Under the pieces are notes generated by a model. That model saw only the letters and a program-made list of their open reading frames with translations. It was not told the origin of the DNA and did not search any database. Of a stretch of 64,000 nucleotides of DNA, positions 48,645 through 58,802 are shown one piece after another. Position numbers and translations under genes: made by a program. The stretch covers positions 4,762 to 68,761 of the forward strand of contig CAZYGG010000012.1 of assembly GCA_964647585.1 (NCBI GenBank), written 5' to 3'. This DNA is from an uncultured Desulfobacterales bacterium. GTDB taxonomy: Bacteria > Desulfobacterota > Desulfobacteria > Desulfobacterales > CAJINA01. Position 1 is the first letter of the stretch. Each line of letters opens with the position of its first letter.

Positions 48645-48896
48645 ACCCAAATACCCACCCATTAAAACTCTATTAATATTTACAATGACTTGAAATATGA
48701 AAGATTCCCATTAAAAACACACACCCGAGTGTTAAGCTGTTGGATCTAATTTTAAAGTTTGGCATAAGTTAAAAAAAAATCCAACCAGAATTCCCGGAAA
48801 CAGAATCGGTCAACTGACTTTCCATATAGTACCTGACTGTGGTATTGTATGTTCTCTAAAAATAGTCCCCCGGCACCTGGCGGGGAGAGGGCATCC

Positions 48897-49665
48897 ATGC
48901 AGTTCATAAAGACAAGCTTGCTAATCACTATAATCGTCCTGGTATATGGCGTACACGCCCTGGCCGCCCCCCCCGTTGCTGACGGTTGTCACGGATGAGT
49001 TCCCGCCATATAACTATACCATCGACGGAAAGATCAAAGGTATTTCAACAACTGTCGTCATTGAAACCCTGAAAAGGTCCGGGTTAAATTACCACCTCCA
49101 AGTGTACCCCTGGACAAGCGCCTATAAAGATATCGCCCTGAAAAAACCAAACGTACTCATCTACTCAATCTACAGGAGTCCTAAGCGGGAGCCACTCTTT
49201 GCCGCCTGGGTCGGACCGATCCTGCCGCCGGCTGCAGTCTATTTCTACAAGCTCAAGGCGCGTTCCGACATAAAGGTCGTCACCCTGGATGAAGCCAGGC
49301 GCTATCGGATCGGGGTCACTCGGGATGATTACATCCATGAATTACTGAAAAAACTAAGCTTCCCCCGCCTTGAAGTAGCCGGTGATGCGCTTTCAAATAC
49401 CCGGAATATTTTATCCAGAAGAGTGGACCTGATCCCTTCCTATGCGCTTTCCCTGGCCGCCCGGCTTCGGCAAATGGGCGAACCTTTTAACGTGGTTGAA
49501 AGCACCCTCATCCTGGTTCCGACGGAAACGTCTAAACTTTATATGGCGCTGAGCCGGGGAACCAACCCGGAAATTATCGCGCAGATACAAACTGCCTTTT
49601 CCAAGGCCCAGGCTGAAAGGGTCATTGACCGGGCACTGAATAAGTATCTGGAGGGTAGAGAGTAA
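48897..49665 (+). pseudogene. Family 3 extracellular solute-binding protein, frameshifted in a C8 tract
   Basis: ATG 48897 encodes signal MQFIKTSLLITIIVLVYGVHALA-APP then stops early. Removing one C from 48967-48974 joins it to LLTVVTDEFPPYNY of ORF 48946..49665. Confidence 0.8.
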
Positions 49666-49714
49666 TAACTCACCCTGCAGGCAAGCCTGACGCACAAAAA
49701 GGGGTCCTCTGATC

Positions 49715-50665
49715 ATGTCCGATAACTTAAAAGTGGGGCTGGCCCAGATCGCCCCGGACTGGCTGAACCGCGATAAAACGCTTTCTAAAATTGAAACCTA
49801 TGTGGCCAGGGCTGCCAAACAAGCGTGCCGCCTGGTTGTGTTCGGCGAGGCGTTGGTCCCGGGGTACCCGTTCTGGATTGAACTCACCGAGGGTGCCCGT
49901 TTTAATTCCCCGGTTCAAAAAGAGATTCACGCTTATTACATGTCCCAGGCTGTACAGGTAGGCGCCGGTGACCTGGAACCGCTCTGCACACTGGCAGCCC
50001 AAAACAGATTAGCGGTCGTGGTCGGCTGTATCGAGCGGGCTGCCGACCGGGGCGGCCACAGTCTCTATTGTTCACTGGTATATATCACCCCCGATGGCCG
50101 GATCGGATCCGTCCACCGAAAACTGATGCCCACCTATGAAGAGCGGCTGACCTGGTCACCCGGTGACGGCCACGGGCTGCAGGTTCATCCCCTGGGCGCT
50201 TTTACCGTGGGCGGCCTCAACTGCTGGGAAAACTGGATGCCCCTGGCCCGCAGCGCCCTGTACGCCCAGGGAGAAGACCTGCACGTGGCTATCTGGCCTG
50301 GCGGCGTTCACAACACCCGGGACATCACCCGCTTTATCGCCAGAGAGGCCCGTTCCTATGTTCTGTCGGTTTCCGGGTTGATGCGCAAATCTGATATTTC
50401 CTCCAAGATACCCCATGCCGACAAAATTATGGCCGGCGCCCCAGAAGTGATGGCCAACGGCGGCTCCTGCCTTGCCGGCCCGGATGGAGAATGGGTAATA
50501 GAACCACAGCTTGAGACTGAAGGATTATATACCGCAACTCTGGACCATGCAAAGATCAGACAGGAGCGACAGAACTTTGATCCATCCGGCCACTATTCCC
50601 GCCCGGATGTCACTCGCTTAGTGCTGAACCGTAAACGCCAGTGCGTTCTTGAAATAGAAAAGTAA
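49715..50665 (+). CDS. Nitrilase (carbon-nitrogen hydrolase family)
   Basis: Catalytic E (FGEAL), K (HRKLMPT) and C (LNCWENWMP). Confidence 0.93.
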   Translation: MSDNLKVGLAQIAPDWLNRDKTLSKIETYVARAAKQACRLVVFGEALVPGYPFWIELTEGARFNSPVQKEIHAYYMSQAVQVGAGDLEPLCTLAAQNRLAVVVGCIERAADRGGHSLYCSLVYITPDGRIGSVHRKLMPTYEERLTWSPGDGHGLQVHPLGAFTVGGLNCWENWMPLARSALYAQGEDLHVAIWPGGVHNTRDITRFIAREARSYVLSVSGLMRKSDISSKIPHADKIMAGAPEVMANGGSCLAGPDGEWVIEPQLETEGLYTATLDHAKIRQERQNFDPSGHYSRPDVTRLVLNRKRQCVLEIEK

Positions 50666-50719
50666 AGCATTCTGGCCTGGAGGGCCAGGTTTTTAAAGGC
50701 AAAATAAGAACCCGATCAT

Positions 50720-50880
50720 CGCGCCAAGACGCAAAGGCGCAAAGGAAAACAAAGAATTTTCCGGCTTCGCCGGTTGAAACCAAAATTGCTCAGGACCATT
50801 GGGTTATGTGGTTTTTCCACACGAAGTGCGACTAAATTTCAGGCTTGGTCTTCTTTGCGCCCCTGCGTTTTGGCGCGATG
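50720..50880. repeat. Inverted pair of CGCAAAG repeats
   Basis: cgcgccaagacgcaaaggcgcaaag ... ctttgcgcccctgcgttttggcgcg. Confidence 0.7.
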
Positions 50881-50953
50881 CATTGGTTCTAATTTTCCTG
50901 GCGCTTTGGCGCTGGCGAGACACAAAGGTCTTTATCAAAATGGAGAAGCTACA

Positions 50954-51796
50954 ATGGAAAAAACGCTTATAGACACTTTGCCAAAATTTCTCGAAACCCT
51001 GGGACTTAACGAAGAACCCATGGGGAGTTACTTCACGGGAAGTAAACCTGAATCCGGTTTCTCGCCGAAACCGATGGATCTGCCCACCCGCGAAAAAGAA
51101 ACCGAGAACAAGGTTGACTGGCCGACGGTGTTTGACAATTTCTCCTGTGCCCTCGGTCATATATGGCGTGCACGCAAGAAGAAAACCGCCGCCTGTTTCT
51201 CAGCCGAGCAGTTTGGCTGCCCCGGCGCCGCTTTCTGGCTCGGTTTCAACAAGCCCCAGGTGGAAACCATCATCCACTATGTATCCACCGGCATCCCCGA
51301 CCGCATGCGGGGGGAGCACTACTGTGACTCACCGGACAACCTGCGCCAGATTTTTGAATATGTCGATCCGCCCCCGGCGGCGGCCCGGTACTGCGTCTTT
51401 AAACCGGTCAGCCAATTTGCGGGCGACGATGTCCCGGAACTGGTGCATTTCTTTACCCGGCCGGAAACGCTGGGCGGCCTGCACCAGTTGGCCACCTATG
51501 TAACCAACGACCCGGAGGTGGTGGCGTCACCCTGGAGTGCCGCCTGCGGCAGCCTGGTGGTGTGGCCTCGGCGATATCTGGCCGAGGGACGGCCCCGGGC
51601 GGTTTTGGGGGGATGGGATGCTTCCGCCCGCAAATTTTTCAAGACCGACGAGCTCTCTTTTACCGTGCCCTTTGATCTGTTTACCAGCATGCTGGCTCGT
51701 TTTGAAGACTCATTCCTTAAAACCAAGACATGGTCAACGGTCCGCAAAAAAATAGACCGTAGTAAAAAGGCCTGGGGAGAAATTAAAAATGACTGA
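50954..51796 (+). CDS. DUF169 family protein
   Basis: Start refined to MEKTLID; C..G, FGCPGA, SAACG and LSFTVP pattern. Confidence 0.75.
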   Translation: MEKTLIDTLPKFLETLGLNEEPMGSYFTGSKPESGFSPKPMDLPTREKETENKVDWPTVFDNFSCALGHIWRARKKKTAACFSAEQFGCPGAAFWLGFNKPQVETIIHYVSTGIPDRMRGEHYCDSPDNLRQIFEYVDPPPAAARYCVFKPVSQFAGDDVPELVHFFTRPETLGGLHQLATYVTNDPEVVASPWSAACGSLVVWPRRYLAEGRPRAVLGGWDASARKFFKTDELSFTVPFDLFTSMLARFEDSFLKTKTWSTVRKKIDRSKKAWGEIKND

Positions 51797-52664
51797 AATA
51801 ACCGCTTCCGGTCCCCTTTTCGAAACCAGTCTGATGGATTCAAACAAATTTATCACTACCATCGAAGTCGTTCCGCCGGCGGGTGCGGATCCGGGTCCGT
51901 TGCTGGCGACCCTGGCGTCTTTGGGCGACCTGCCGGTAGACGGTTTTAGTGTGGCCACCAACCCGGTGGCCAAGGCCAGGATGAGCGCCATGGCCCTCTG
52001 TGCCCTCATCCAGCAGCAAACCGGTCGCCAGGCAATTTTGCACTGTACCATCCGGGATCACAATGTCATCAGTCTGCAGGGTGAACTCTGGGGTGCCCTG
52101 GCCCTGGGGCTGCGCACGGTCATGGCCGCCACCGGTGATTTCGTCGCCCTGGGGGACCGGGCGCGTACCACCATGGTTAAGGATGTGAACGTCTATGACC
52201 TGGTTGAAATGTCACGTAACAGCGGACTTTACACAGGCGCGGTTTTCGACACCCACCCGGAGAGAAAGGACGGTCTGAAACAGGCTGTCCGCCGTCTGGA
52301 AAAAAAGAAGGCGGCCGGTGCCCAGTTTGCCGTTACCCAGCCGGTATACGACCGCATCTCGGCCGAGCGGCTGGCCAATGCCACCGCCCACATCGAAATC
52401 CCCATTATTTTAGGGATTTTGCCCCTGCGCACCCCCCGGCATGCCACATTTCTCCACGAAAAAGTGGCCGGTATCGCGGTGCCCAAACATGTGCGCGAAC
52501 AGATGGAGCAGGCCGCCGACCCGATCGAAGCCGGCATCCGCAACGCCCGCGACATGCTGGGCATCGCCCGGGAACGGTTTGCGGGCGCCTGCATCATGCC
52601 GCCTTTCGACCATTTTGAAATCCTGCCGGACATTTTCCGGAACCAGCAACTCTCCCTGCTTTGA
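51789..52664 (+). CDS. Methylenetetrahydrofolate reductase-like flavoprotein
   Basis: IEVVPP, ILHCTIRDHN, ATGD, KKKAAGAQFAVTQPVYD and GILP motifs. Confidence 0.85.
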   Translation: MTEITASGPLFETSLMDSNKFITTIEVVPPAGADPGPLLATLASLGDLPVDGFSVATNPVAKARMSAMALCALIQQQTGRQAILHCTIRDHNVISLQGELWGALALGLRTVMAATGDFVALGDRARTTMVKDVNVYDLVEMSRNSGLYTGAVFDTHPERKDGLKQAVRRLEKKKAAGAQFAVTQPVYDRISAERLANATAHIEIPIILGILPLRTPRHATFLHEKVAGIAVPKHVREQMEQAADPIEAGIRNARDMLGIARERFAGACIMPPFDHFEILPDIFRNQQLSLL

Positions 52665-52675
52665 AGGCTGCAACG

Positions 52676-53134
52676 ATGAAAACGGGCAGGGAAACTTTTG
52701 GCAAAGAAGCCGGTACCTATGCACTCGTCATGCGACTGGCCCGGACAACAACCCTCCCGGTGGGCAAATTGGGACCGGTGACGTTTGTGGCCGGCTATTA
52801 CATCTATACCGGCAGCGCGTTTGGTCCCGGGGGGCTGGCCGCCCGCATCGGACACCATTTGAGACCTTCTGAAAAGTGCCACTGGCACATAGATTACCTG
52901 CGGCGGTTTACTGAAGTTAATGAAATCTGGTACACCATCCATCCGGAAAAGTATGAGTGCCGCTGGGCGATTATTTTTAACCATACCCGGGGAGCCCGGA
53001 TCATGGTCCCCGGGTTCGGTGCCTCCGACTGCCGCTGTACAGCCCACCTGTTCTATTTTAAAAGAAAACCCGGCCTCAGAACTTTCCGGCAAAAAATTGA
53101 AACCCCGGTGTTCTGTAAAGGAATAGAAGCGTGA
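52676..53134 (+). CDS. DUF123 / GIY-YIG (Uri superfamily) endonuclease-like protein
   Basis: GTYAL, GYYIYTGSAFG.GG...R, HWHIDYL, EC and GFGASDC.C..HL motifs. Confidence 0.88.
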   Translation: MKTGRETFGKEAGTYALVMRLARTTTLPVGKLGPVTFVAGYYIYTGSAFGPGGLAARIGHHLRPSEKCHWHIDYLRRFTEVNEIWYTIHPEKYECRWAIIFNHTRGARIMVPGFGASDCRCTAHLFYFKRKPGLRTFRQKIETPVFCKGIEA

Positions 53135-53904
53135 CTGATTACCTGTGCGTTGATCGCCAGAAGCTTGAAATTGCCTGGTACGGCCCGAGGCCGGACAAAG
53201 CGCCAACCCTGGTCTTCCTCCATGAAGGCCTGGGATGTGTGGCCCTCTGGCGGGACTTCCCGGCAAAACTGGCCGCCGCAACCGGCTGCGGCGCCTTTGT
53301 CTACAGCCGGCTGGGCTATGGCAAATCCGGTCCATGTGAGCTGCCGCGCCCGATCCGGTTCATGCACACTGAGGGGCTGGATATGCTGCCCCGGGTGCTG
53401 GCTGCCGCCGGTATTAAAGAGTGTATCCTGATCGGCCATTCCGACGGCGGTTCCATCGCGATTGTGTACGCGGGCGGCACACCGGCGCTTCCCCTGCGGG
53501 GACTGATCACCGAAGCGGCCCATGTATTCTGCGAACAGTTATCGGTTGACTCCATAGAAGATGCCAGAAAGCAGTATGAGGAAAACGATCTGCGCCAGAA
53601 ACTGCTTAAATATCATGGCGCCAATACGAAATGTGCTTTCCGGGGATGGAACGACGTCTGGCTGAACCCGGATTTCATGGCCTGGAATATCGAGGAATAC
53701 CTGCCGGGAATTCAAGTACCCATGCTGGCCATACAGGGAAAAGGTGACCAATACGGCACCGACGCCCAAATTCAGTCCATCAAGCAAAAGACCGGACCGG
53801 CCACAAAAACCCTGCTGCTTCCGGATTGCCGGCATGCGCCGCATGCAGAACAGGAGCAGGCCACCCTTGAGGCGATGCAGACATTCATACAAAACCTCCT
53901 GTAA
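53131..53904 (+). CDS. Alpha/beta hydrolase
   Basis: FLHEGLG, GHSDGG nucleophile elbow, QGKGDQYG and HAPH motifs. Confidence 0.92.
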   Translation: MTDYLCVDRQKLEIAWYGPRPDKAPTLVFLHEGLGCVALWRDFPAKLAAATGCGAFVYSRLGYGKSGPCELPRPIRFMHTEGLDMLPRVLAAAGIKECILIGHSDGGSIAIVYAGGTPALPLRGLITEAAHVFCEQLSVDSIEDARKQYEENDLRQKLLKYHGANTKCAFRGWNDVWLNPDFMAWNIEEYLPGIQVPMLAIQGKGDQYGTDAQIQSIKQKTGPATKTLLLPDCRHAPHAEQEQATLEAMQTFIQNLL

Positions 53905-54024
53905 AACTGAGCAGATGGTGCGCTTTATCCACGTAGACCTGATCGGGGAAAGCTGAAAAGTCTTCAGCCTACGGCTCTGACTTGGCCACGGAACTGTTTT
54001 TTGGACCAAATAAACCCAAAAGTC

Positions 54025-54055
54025 TTGACAAAATGCTCATAGTTACCCTTATAAT
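54025..54055 (+). promoter_or_regulatory. Consensus-like sigma70 promoter
   Basis: TTGACA (54025-54030) and TATAAT (54050-54055); spacer 19 nt, longer than optimal. Confidence 0.6.
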
Positions 54056-54063
54056 ACCCATAT

Positions 54064-54225
54064 GTCCCCCTTCCGAACCTCCAGTTCGCTCAGTAACTGA
54101 CCAGATATGGGCGTCTGCCCGGACACTTAAACCGGCTGGGTGCTTCCCTGGGTAGACAGGCCGGGGAACCGGTAACCAAATCCTTACCAGCTTATACCAT
54201 AAGCAAATTGGAGCGGAGGGGGGAC
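54064..54225 (+). ncRNA. Candidate 162-nt structured ncRNA (possibly 6S-like)
   Basis: 5' gtcccccttccg pairs with 3' cggagggggg(g)ac; ctccagtt/aattggag and gtctgcccgg/ctgggtagac also pair; begins about 8 nt after TATAAT and is followed by T5. Confidence 0.55.
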
Positions 54226-54354
54226 TTTTTCCCGCCTCAATAGCGTCCACCCGCACAGAATCCTTATTAAGTCCCGGGGAAACAAGATCTGTTGAGTTGA
54301 TTGAACACCCCAGGTATAGTACGTTGGTCTTCCACTTGATGGAACACGCAATGA

Positions 54355-54531
54355 TAGAACCCATCTCAAAAAATCTTTTTGTCGGGCGTAGCTCGAAGAG
54401 CGACGACTGATTGGCCCAATCTCGGCGTTGGGCGCGAAATTTAAGTCCTCGAAATACCGGAGTATTCCTCCGGTTCAAATGTCGCGCCCGCCTTGATATT
54501 GAACCAAAATCCGTTTTTTAGATAGATTCTA
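54355..54531. mobile_element. TA-ended MITE (family A, copy 5, reverse) with mini-palindrome insert
   Basis: tagaacccatctcaaaaaatcttttt[gtcgggcgtagctcgaagagcgacgactg]...gaaccaaaatccgttttttagatagattcta. Confidence 0.85.
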
Positions 54532-54559
54532 AACAGTTGTCTAAGATCGCAGGTAAACT

Positions 54560-57034
54560 ATGAAACACTGGAAATTGTGGCTGCCGACGTTGACCCTCGC
54601 AGGACTACTGGTCTGGTGGATGATAGGGGGTCTTCAAAGAGACCTGCTGATTCTGAAGAACGGTCAGTCCCTGCTCGCAGATGAAATCTACCCTGTCGGT
54701 AAGAGTGTATTCTACGAGGATGGGATCACGCTCGATACAATTTCCCGCAGTCAGGTGCAACAAATTATATTCGGGTCTTTGGACGACCCGTCCTGCTATC
54801 AGCCCCTGCTTAAAGCCCATTTCCAAGATTCAATGGCAAAACTGTCCCGTCTGAAACCGCTCACAGGTTGGACCGGACGAGGGCAGCAGCCGCTTTCTCC
54901 AAAGGGGAAATGGTATTTACCATTGATTGTTAGCGGAATCCTCAGCCTGCTGTTATTCCTGGTGGGCCTCAGAGGGTGGCGTCAATATCGCCGCAAGAAA
55001 ACCACCACTACGGTCGATCCAACCGAAAAACCGTTTGTGCCCCTGGCAGATTTTTCCGCTGTGGAAACACTCTTTCTCAGCCTGTTTAAGCTGAAGCTGG
55101 GAGCACCGGCCTCTGCACCGGCAGAAATTGAAAAGGCGCCGCAAAAAGGTGCCGGACCGGGGCAGGTGCTCAACCTGAAAGTCCTCCATGAAGACAGATG
55201 GGAATCACGGCGCATGTCCCTGGCACCCATCGGTGAGGGCACCGGCAGCAAAAGCCAGTGCTTTTATGTTATCTTTGACACCCATATGGTGGTAAAAATC
55301 CCGCCGACACCTATTACCGATTTTGAAGACTACATCGCGCGGGTGCGGGCCGAGACACAAATCATGGTGCGGCTGGCGCCCAAAATCTGTGTTATCCCCA
55401 ACCTGGCTGTTATATTGCGCCGGATACACGTGTTCCCGGATGCTGATAGCCTGCCCCCCGCCCAACTTGAAGATCGCTACATCCGCTGGCTGCGAAAGTT
55501 TCCTGAAAATCAGCGTTTTCTAACCATCGGAGGCAGTTTCGTCTTCTTTATGGACCTGGCACGCTACTATTTCCTGAGCCATGTGGCCGCCGATTTTCAT
55601 GGCAAGGCGGCCGGCCTGGCTGAAGAGATTAAGGCCGATGTAGATATCCTGTCTGATTTGTCGCTGTTTGAAGGCAAGTATGGTCACCGGGGCGGCGAAT
55701 TATGGCCCGCTTTCCATAAAGCCTACGAATCGTTTCGCGTAGAACTCAAAGGCGCTATCTCACAGGCGAATGAACCCGTTTCCCTTTCAGATTGGAACAT
55801 AAAGGAATTGTACCTGGCCAGTATGGCCGGCCGGGAGCCCGGCCTTGCCACTCTGAGTGTATCCGCCGGGTTCAGGTCTTTACTGGAAAACTGGCTGGAA
55901 CAGACCGCTAAATCCGGTACAACCCTTAAACAACGCTACCAGCAGATGCTGAACCACTACACGGAGAAAAGGCTTTTTAACCGCAGTCGTCCACTCATGG
56001 GGGGCATGGTTACCAATCTGCTCACCCTGCTGGCCTGGATTGACGATAAAAAAATCGGCCTGCGTGATTTGAAACCCGACAACCTACTCGTTGCGGGTAA
56101 TCCGGATGAATACCCTCATTTTCTGACATCTGCCCAGGAATACACCATCGGTCTGATCGACCTGGAAACCGCCGTAGATTTCGGGAATGAAGGTGTCGAC
56201 AAGATATCCCAGCCACAACTGGGCGGGACCCCCCTCTACTGCACGCCCAGCCATTTTTTTCCCAACGTCCTTTTACAGCAGCTATACAGTGACCTGCCCC
56301 GGGTGTTCCACCTGCAGGATTGGTACGCTATGATTGCCATTATTTTCGGCGTCGTTACCGGGGACCAGCTTTTCAAGGGTACGGCCTACCAGATTCCCAT
56401 GATGATGAAATCCGTCATGCAGACCGCCGCTAAAAAAGGAGACCTGAAAAAGAAACTGCTCCATTTCACCCGGCAGTTCCAGGACAATACCGCCATCGAA
56501 ACCAGGGAAAAAATTCAACTGCACACAGAACGCTTACGCTCTGTGAACGCACACATTCCCGAAAAGATTCAACAGCGACTGGCGGCACATAATAAAAGCG
56601 AATTGAGCGCCACCCGGCAACAACTCAAGCAGATTCTCGACACTCAGACGGCATTCAACAAAGGGAACAATCGCCAACATCTTGAAAAAAGTTCAGTGAC
56701 AGATCTAAAAAAACTGCGTGCCGGATATAAAAAGCAGGCAGGCCGTGCAAAGCTGGTCAGCCGGTTCGATGAACTGATCCGCATCAAGCAGAAAGCCGAG
56801 ACCCTGGCCGCAAATGGACAATTGCTGACGGGCTCTTTCCCACAGGTCACCATAGACAGTCTGCTTGAAATGATGTTCGCACTGGTTCACGCCCAACTGC
56901 TGTCCGGCATCGACCTGCCCCCCCCGGACCCTGCCCATGGAATTCCGGAACCCGGTCAGGTCGGAGAAAAAGAGATGGAATCGACCGCCAGGATACTGGG
57001 ATACTCGGCGACCATCAATATCCCATCCGGGTAA
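54560..57034 (+). CDS. Membrane-anchored Hanks-type Ser/Thr protein kinase with large insertions
   Basis: Two N-terminal hydrophobic segments; HMVVKIP (VAIK-like), LRDLKPDNLLV, IDLE, GGTPLY and DWYA motifs. Confidence 0.8.
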   Translation: MKHWKLWLPTLTLAGLLVWWMIGGLQRDLLILKNGQSLLADEIYPVGKSVFYEDGITLDTISRSQVQQIIFGSLDDPSCYQPLLKAHFQDSMAKLSRLKPLTGWTGRGQQPLSPKGKWYLPLIVSGILSLLLFLVGLRGWRQYRRKKTTTTVDPTEKPFVPLADFSAVETLFLSLFKLKLGAPASAPAEIEKAPQKGAGPGQVLNLKVLHEDRWESRRMSLAPIGEGTGSKSQCFYVIFDTHMVVKIPPTPITDFEDYIARVRAETQIMVRLAPKICVIPNLAVILRRIHVFPDADSLPPAQLEDRYIRWLRKFPENQRFLTIGGSFVFFMDLARYYFLSHVAADFHGKAAGLAEEIKADVDILSDLSLFEGKYGHRGGELWPAFHKAYESFRVELKGAISQANEPVSLSDWNIKELYLASMAGREPGLATLSVSAGFRSLLENWLEQTAKSGTTLKQRYQQMLNHYTEKRLFNRSRPLMGGMVTNLLTLLAWIDDKKIGLRDLKPDNLLVAGNPDEYPHFLTSAQEYTIGLIDLETAVDFGNEGVDKISQPQLGGTPLYCTPSHFFPNVLLQQLYSDLPRVFHLQDWYAMIAIIFGVVTGDQLFKGTAYQIPMMMKSVMQTAAKKGDLKKKLLHFTRQFQDNTAIETREKIQLHTERLRSVNAHIPEKIQQRLAAHNKSELSATRQQLKQILDTQTAFNKGNNRQHLEKSSVTDLKKLRAGYKKQAGRAKLVSRFDELIRIKQKAETLAANGQLLTGSFPQVTIDSLLEMMFALVHAQLLSGIDLPPPDPAHGIPEPGQVGEKEMESTARILGYSATINIPSG

Positions 57035-57201
57035 TAGTTCCCGCTCCTTTTTACCTGAAAGGCGGATCGACAGGACCAAAAAGACTTGACACTGTTCCTT
57101 ATGGGTACTATAAATTCCCATAAGGGCTGTGCGGCCCCCCAATTCCCCTCCGATCCCGACAACATAACACCAAAGGCCGCTCTTTTCCCAAAAGGTGTCC
57201 C

Positions 57202-58635
57202 TTGAAAAATAACCTGAATAACTCCGAACTCAAACGTGAAATCGGCTTTTTCACCGCCACTATCCTGGTGATCGCGAACATGGTGGGTACCGGTATTTTC
57301 ACCACCTCGGGCTTCGTCATTAAAGAATTGGGCAGTCCGGCAGCCATGCTCGCCTGCTGGGCAGCAGGCGGCGTTTTCGCCCTGTGCGGTGCACTTTGCT
57401 ACGGTGAGTTGGGCAGTCGCTACCCCCGCGCCGGCGGCGAATACATCTACCTGAAAGAAATTTTTGGGGAATGGATGGGATTTTTGTCCGGCTGGATCTC
57501 TCTGGTAGTCGGTTTTTCCGCGCCTATTGCGGCAGCGGCCATCGCTTTTGCCATCTACTCGTTTCAAATGCTCTCTATTGAAACCGGCACGCTCTGGACC
57601 ATCCCGGTGGTGGGGATTCCGGTAATTTCCATCTCCCTGCAAAGCATGGTCGCTATCAGTGTTGTCATTCTCTTCTCGGTGGTGCACTACCACAGCCTGA
57701 AAGTCGGCAGCCGTGTCCAGAACCTGCTGACCCTTTTCAAAATCGGAATCGTAGTGGCGTTCATCTCGTCCGGTTTTCTATCGGAAAACGGGACCACTGC
57801 AAACTTTATGCTGGAAACAGAATCGACTGCCGGGTTCGCGGAAAAACTTGCGGTCTCTCTGATCTTTGTCTCCTTCGCATACGCCGGATGGAACGCTTCG
57901 GCTTACATCGGCGGTGAGATAAAAAATCCCGGACGGAATATTCCGCTCTCGCTCTTGATCGGCACCCTCTTGGTCACCGGCCTCTACCTGCTGTTGAATG
58001 TGGTCTACATCTACGCGCTCACACCCGCGCAGATGAGCGGGGTTGTCGATGTGGGTGCCCGCGCGGCAATCTCACTTTTCGGTGAAAACGTCAGCAAGGT
58101 AGTCAGCGGCGCTATCGCCCTGGGCCTTTTGTCGGTGCTCAGTGCCATGATCATGACCGGCCCGCGCGTCTACTACGCCATGTCCAGGGACAAGATCTTT
58201 TTCGAGCTTTTTTCCAGAGTCAGCAAAACCCGGCACACACCCGCCCACTCTATCTTCCTGCAGGCCGGCATCGCCATTGTGCTGATCATCACCGCCTCCT
58301 ATGAAAAGCTGCTGATCTACATCGGCTTCACCCTCTCACTGTTCGCCATGCTCACTGTCGTCGGCCTGGTGCGCCTGAGGCTGAAAGAGGGGCCCAATCC
58401 AAATGGGTATCGCACCTTCGGCTACCCGCTTACCCCTCTGATTTTCATTATCGGCAATCTGTGGATCATCTGGTTTTCCATAAAAAGCCGACCGGTACCG
58501 GCCCTTTGCGGCCTCGCCACCATAGGCATCGGCCTGTGCGCTTACCTCTATTTCAAGCGCCGTCAACCACACCAGATGAATAACCCCATTGCAACTCAGC
58601 CGGCACGGGCATCCTCAATCGTTAACCGCGATTGA
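57202..58635 (+). CDS. APC family amino acid permease
   Basis: NMVGTGIF, YGELGSRYPRAGGEYIYL, AYAGWN, KNPGRNIP and PRVYYAMSRD motifs. Confidence 0.92.
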   Translation: MKNNLNNSELKREIGFFTATILVIANMVGTGIFTTSGFVIKELGSPAAMLACWAAGGVFALCGALCYGELGSRYPRAGGEYIYLKEIFGEWMGFLSGWISLVVGFSAPIAAAAIAFAIYSFQMLSIETGTLWTIPVVGIPVISISLQSMVAISVVILFSVVHYHSLKVGSRVQNLLTLFKIGIVVAFISSGFLSENGTTANFMLETESTAGFAEKLAVSLIFVSFAYAGWNASAYIGGEIKNPGRNIPLSLLIGTLLVTGLYLLLNVVYIYALTPAQMSGVVDVGARAAISLFGENVSKVVSGAIALGLLSVLSAMIMTGPRVYYAMSRDKIFFELFSRVSKTRHTPAHSIFLQAGIAIVLIITASYEKLLIYIGFTLSLFAMLTVVGLVRLRLKEGPNPNGYRTFGYPLTPLIFIIGNLWIIWFSIKSRPVPALCGLATIGIGLCAYLYFKRRQPHQMNNPIATQPARASSIVNRD

Positions 58636-58802
58636 ACCTGGGCACTATTTCGAAACCCTCAAATCAAAAACCAGCACCATTCGGGCCGGCTTTCGCATTT
58701 ATTTAAAATTTGCATCGAAGTGGTTTCAAAACCTTCAACCGGGTTCCAGGACCAGTCTTCGCTCGGAAAGCTACGCCTGACAGGCAAGGCGGCCACGAGA
58801 TT

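Noticed and set aside
52676-53134. GIY-YIG gene as mobiliser of the CGTC/GTCA repeats
   Set aside because: It is a DUF123-type protein embedded in an operon with overlapping neighbours and has no flanking palindromes.
54064-54225. Lysine, glycine, c-di-GMP or c-di-AMP riboswitch, SRP RNA or tmRNA identity for the structured RNA
   Set aside because: Diagnostic conserved motifs of these classes are absent.
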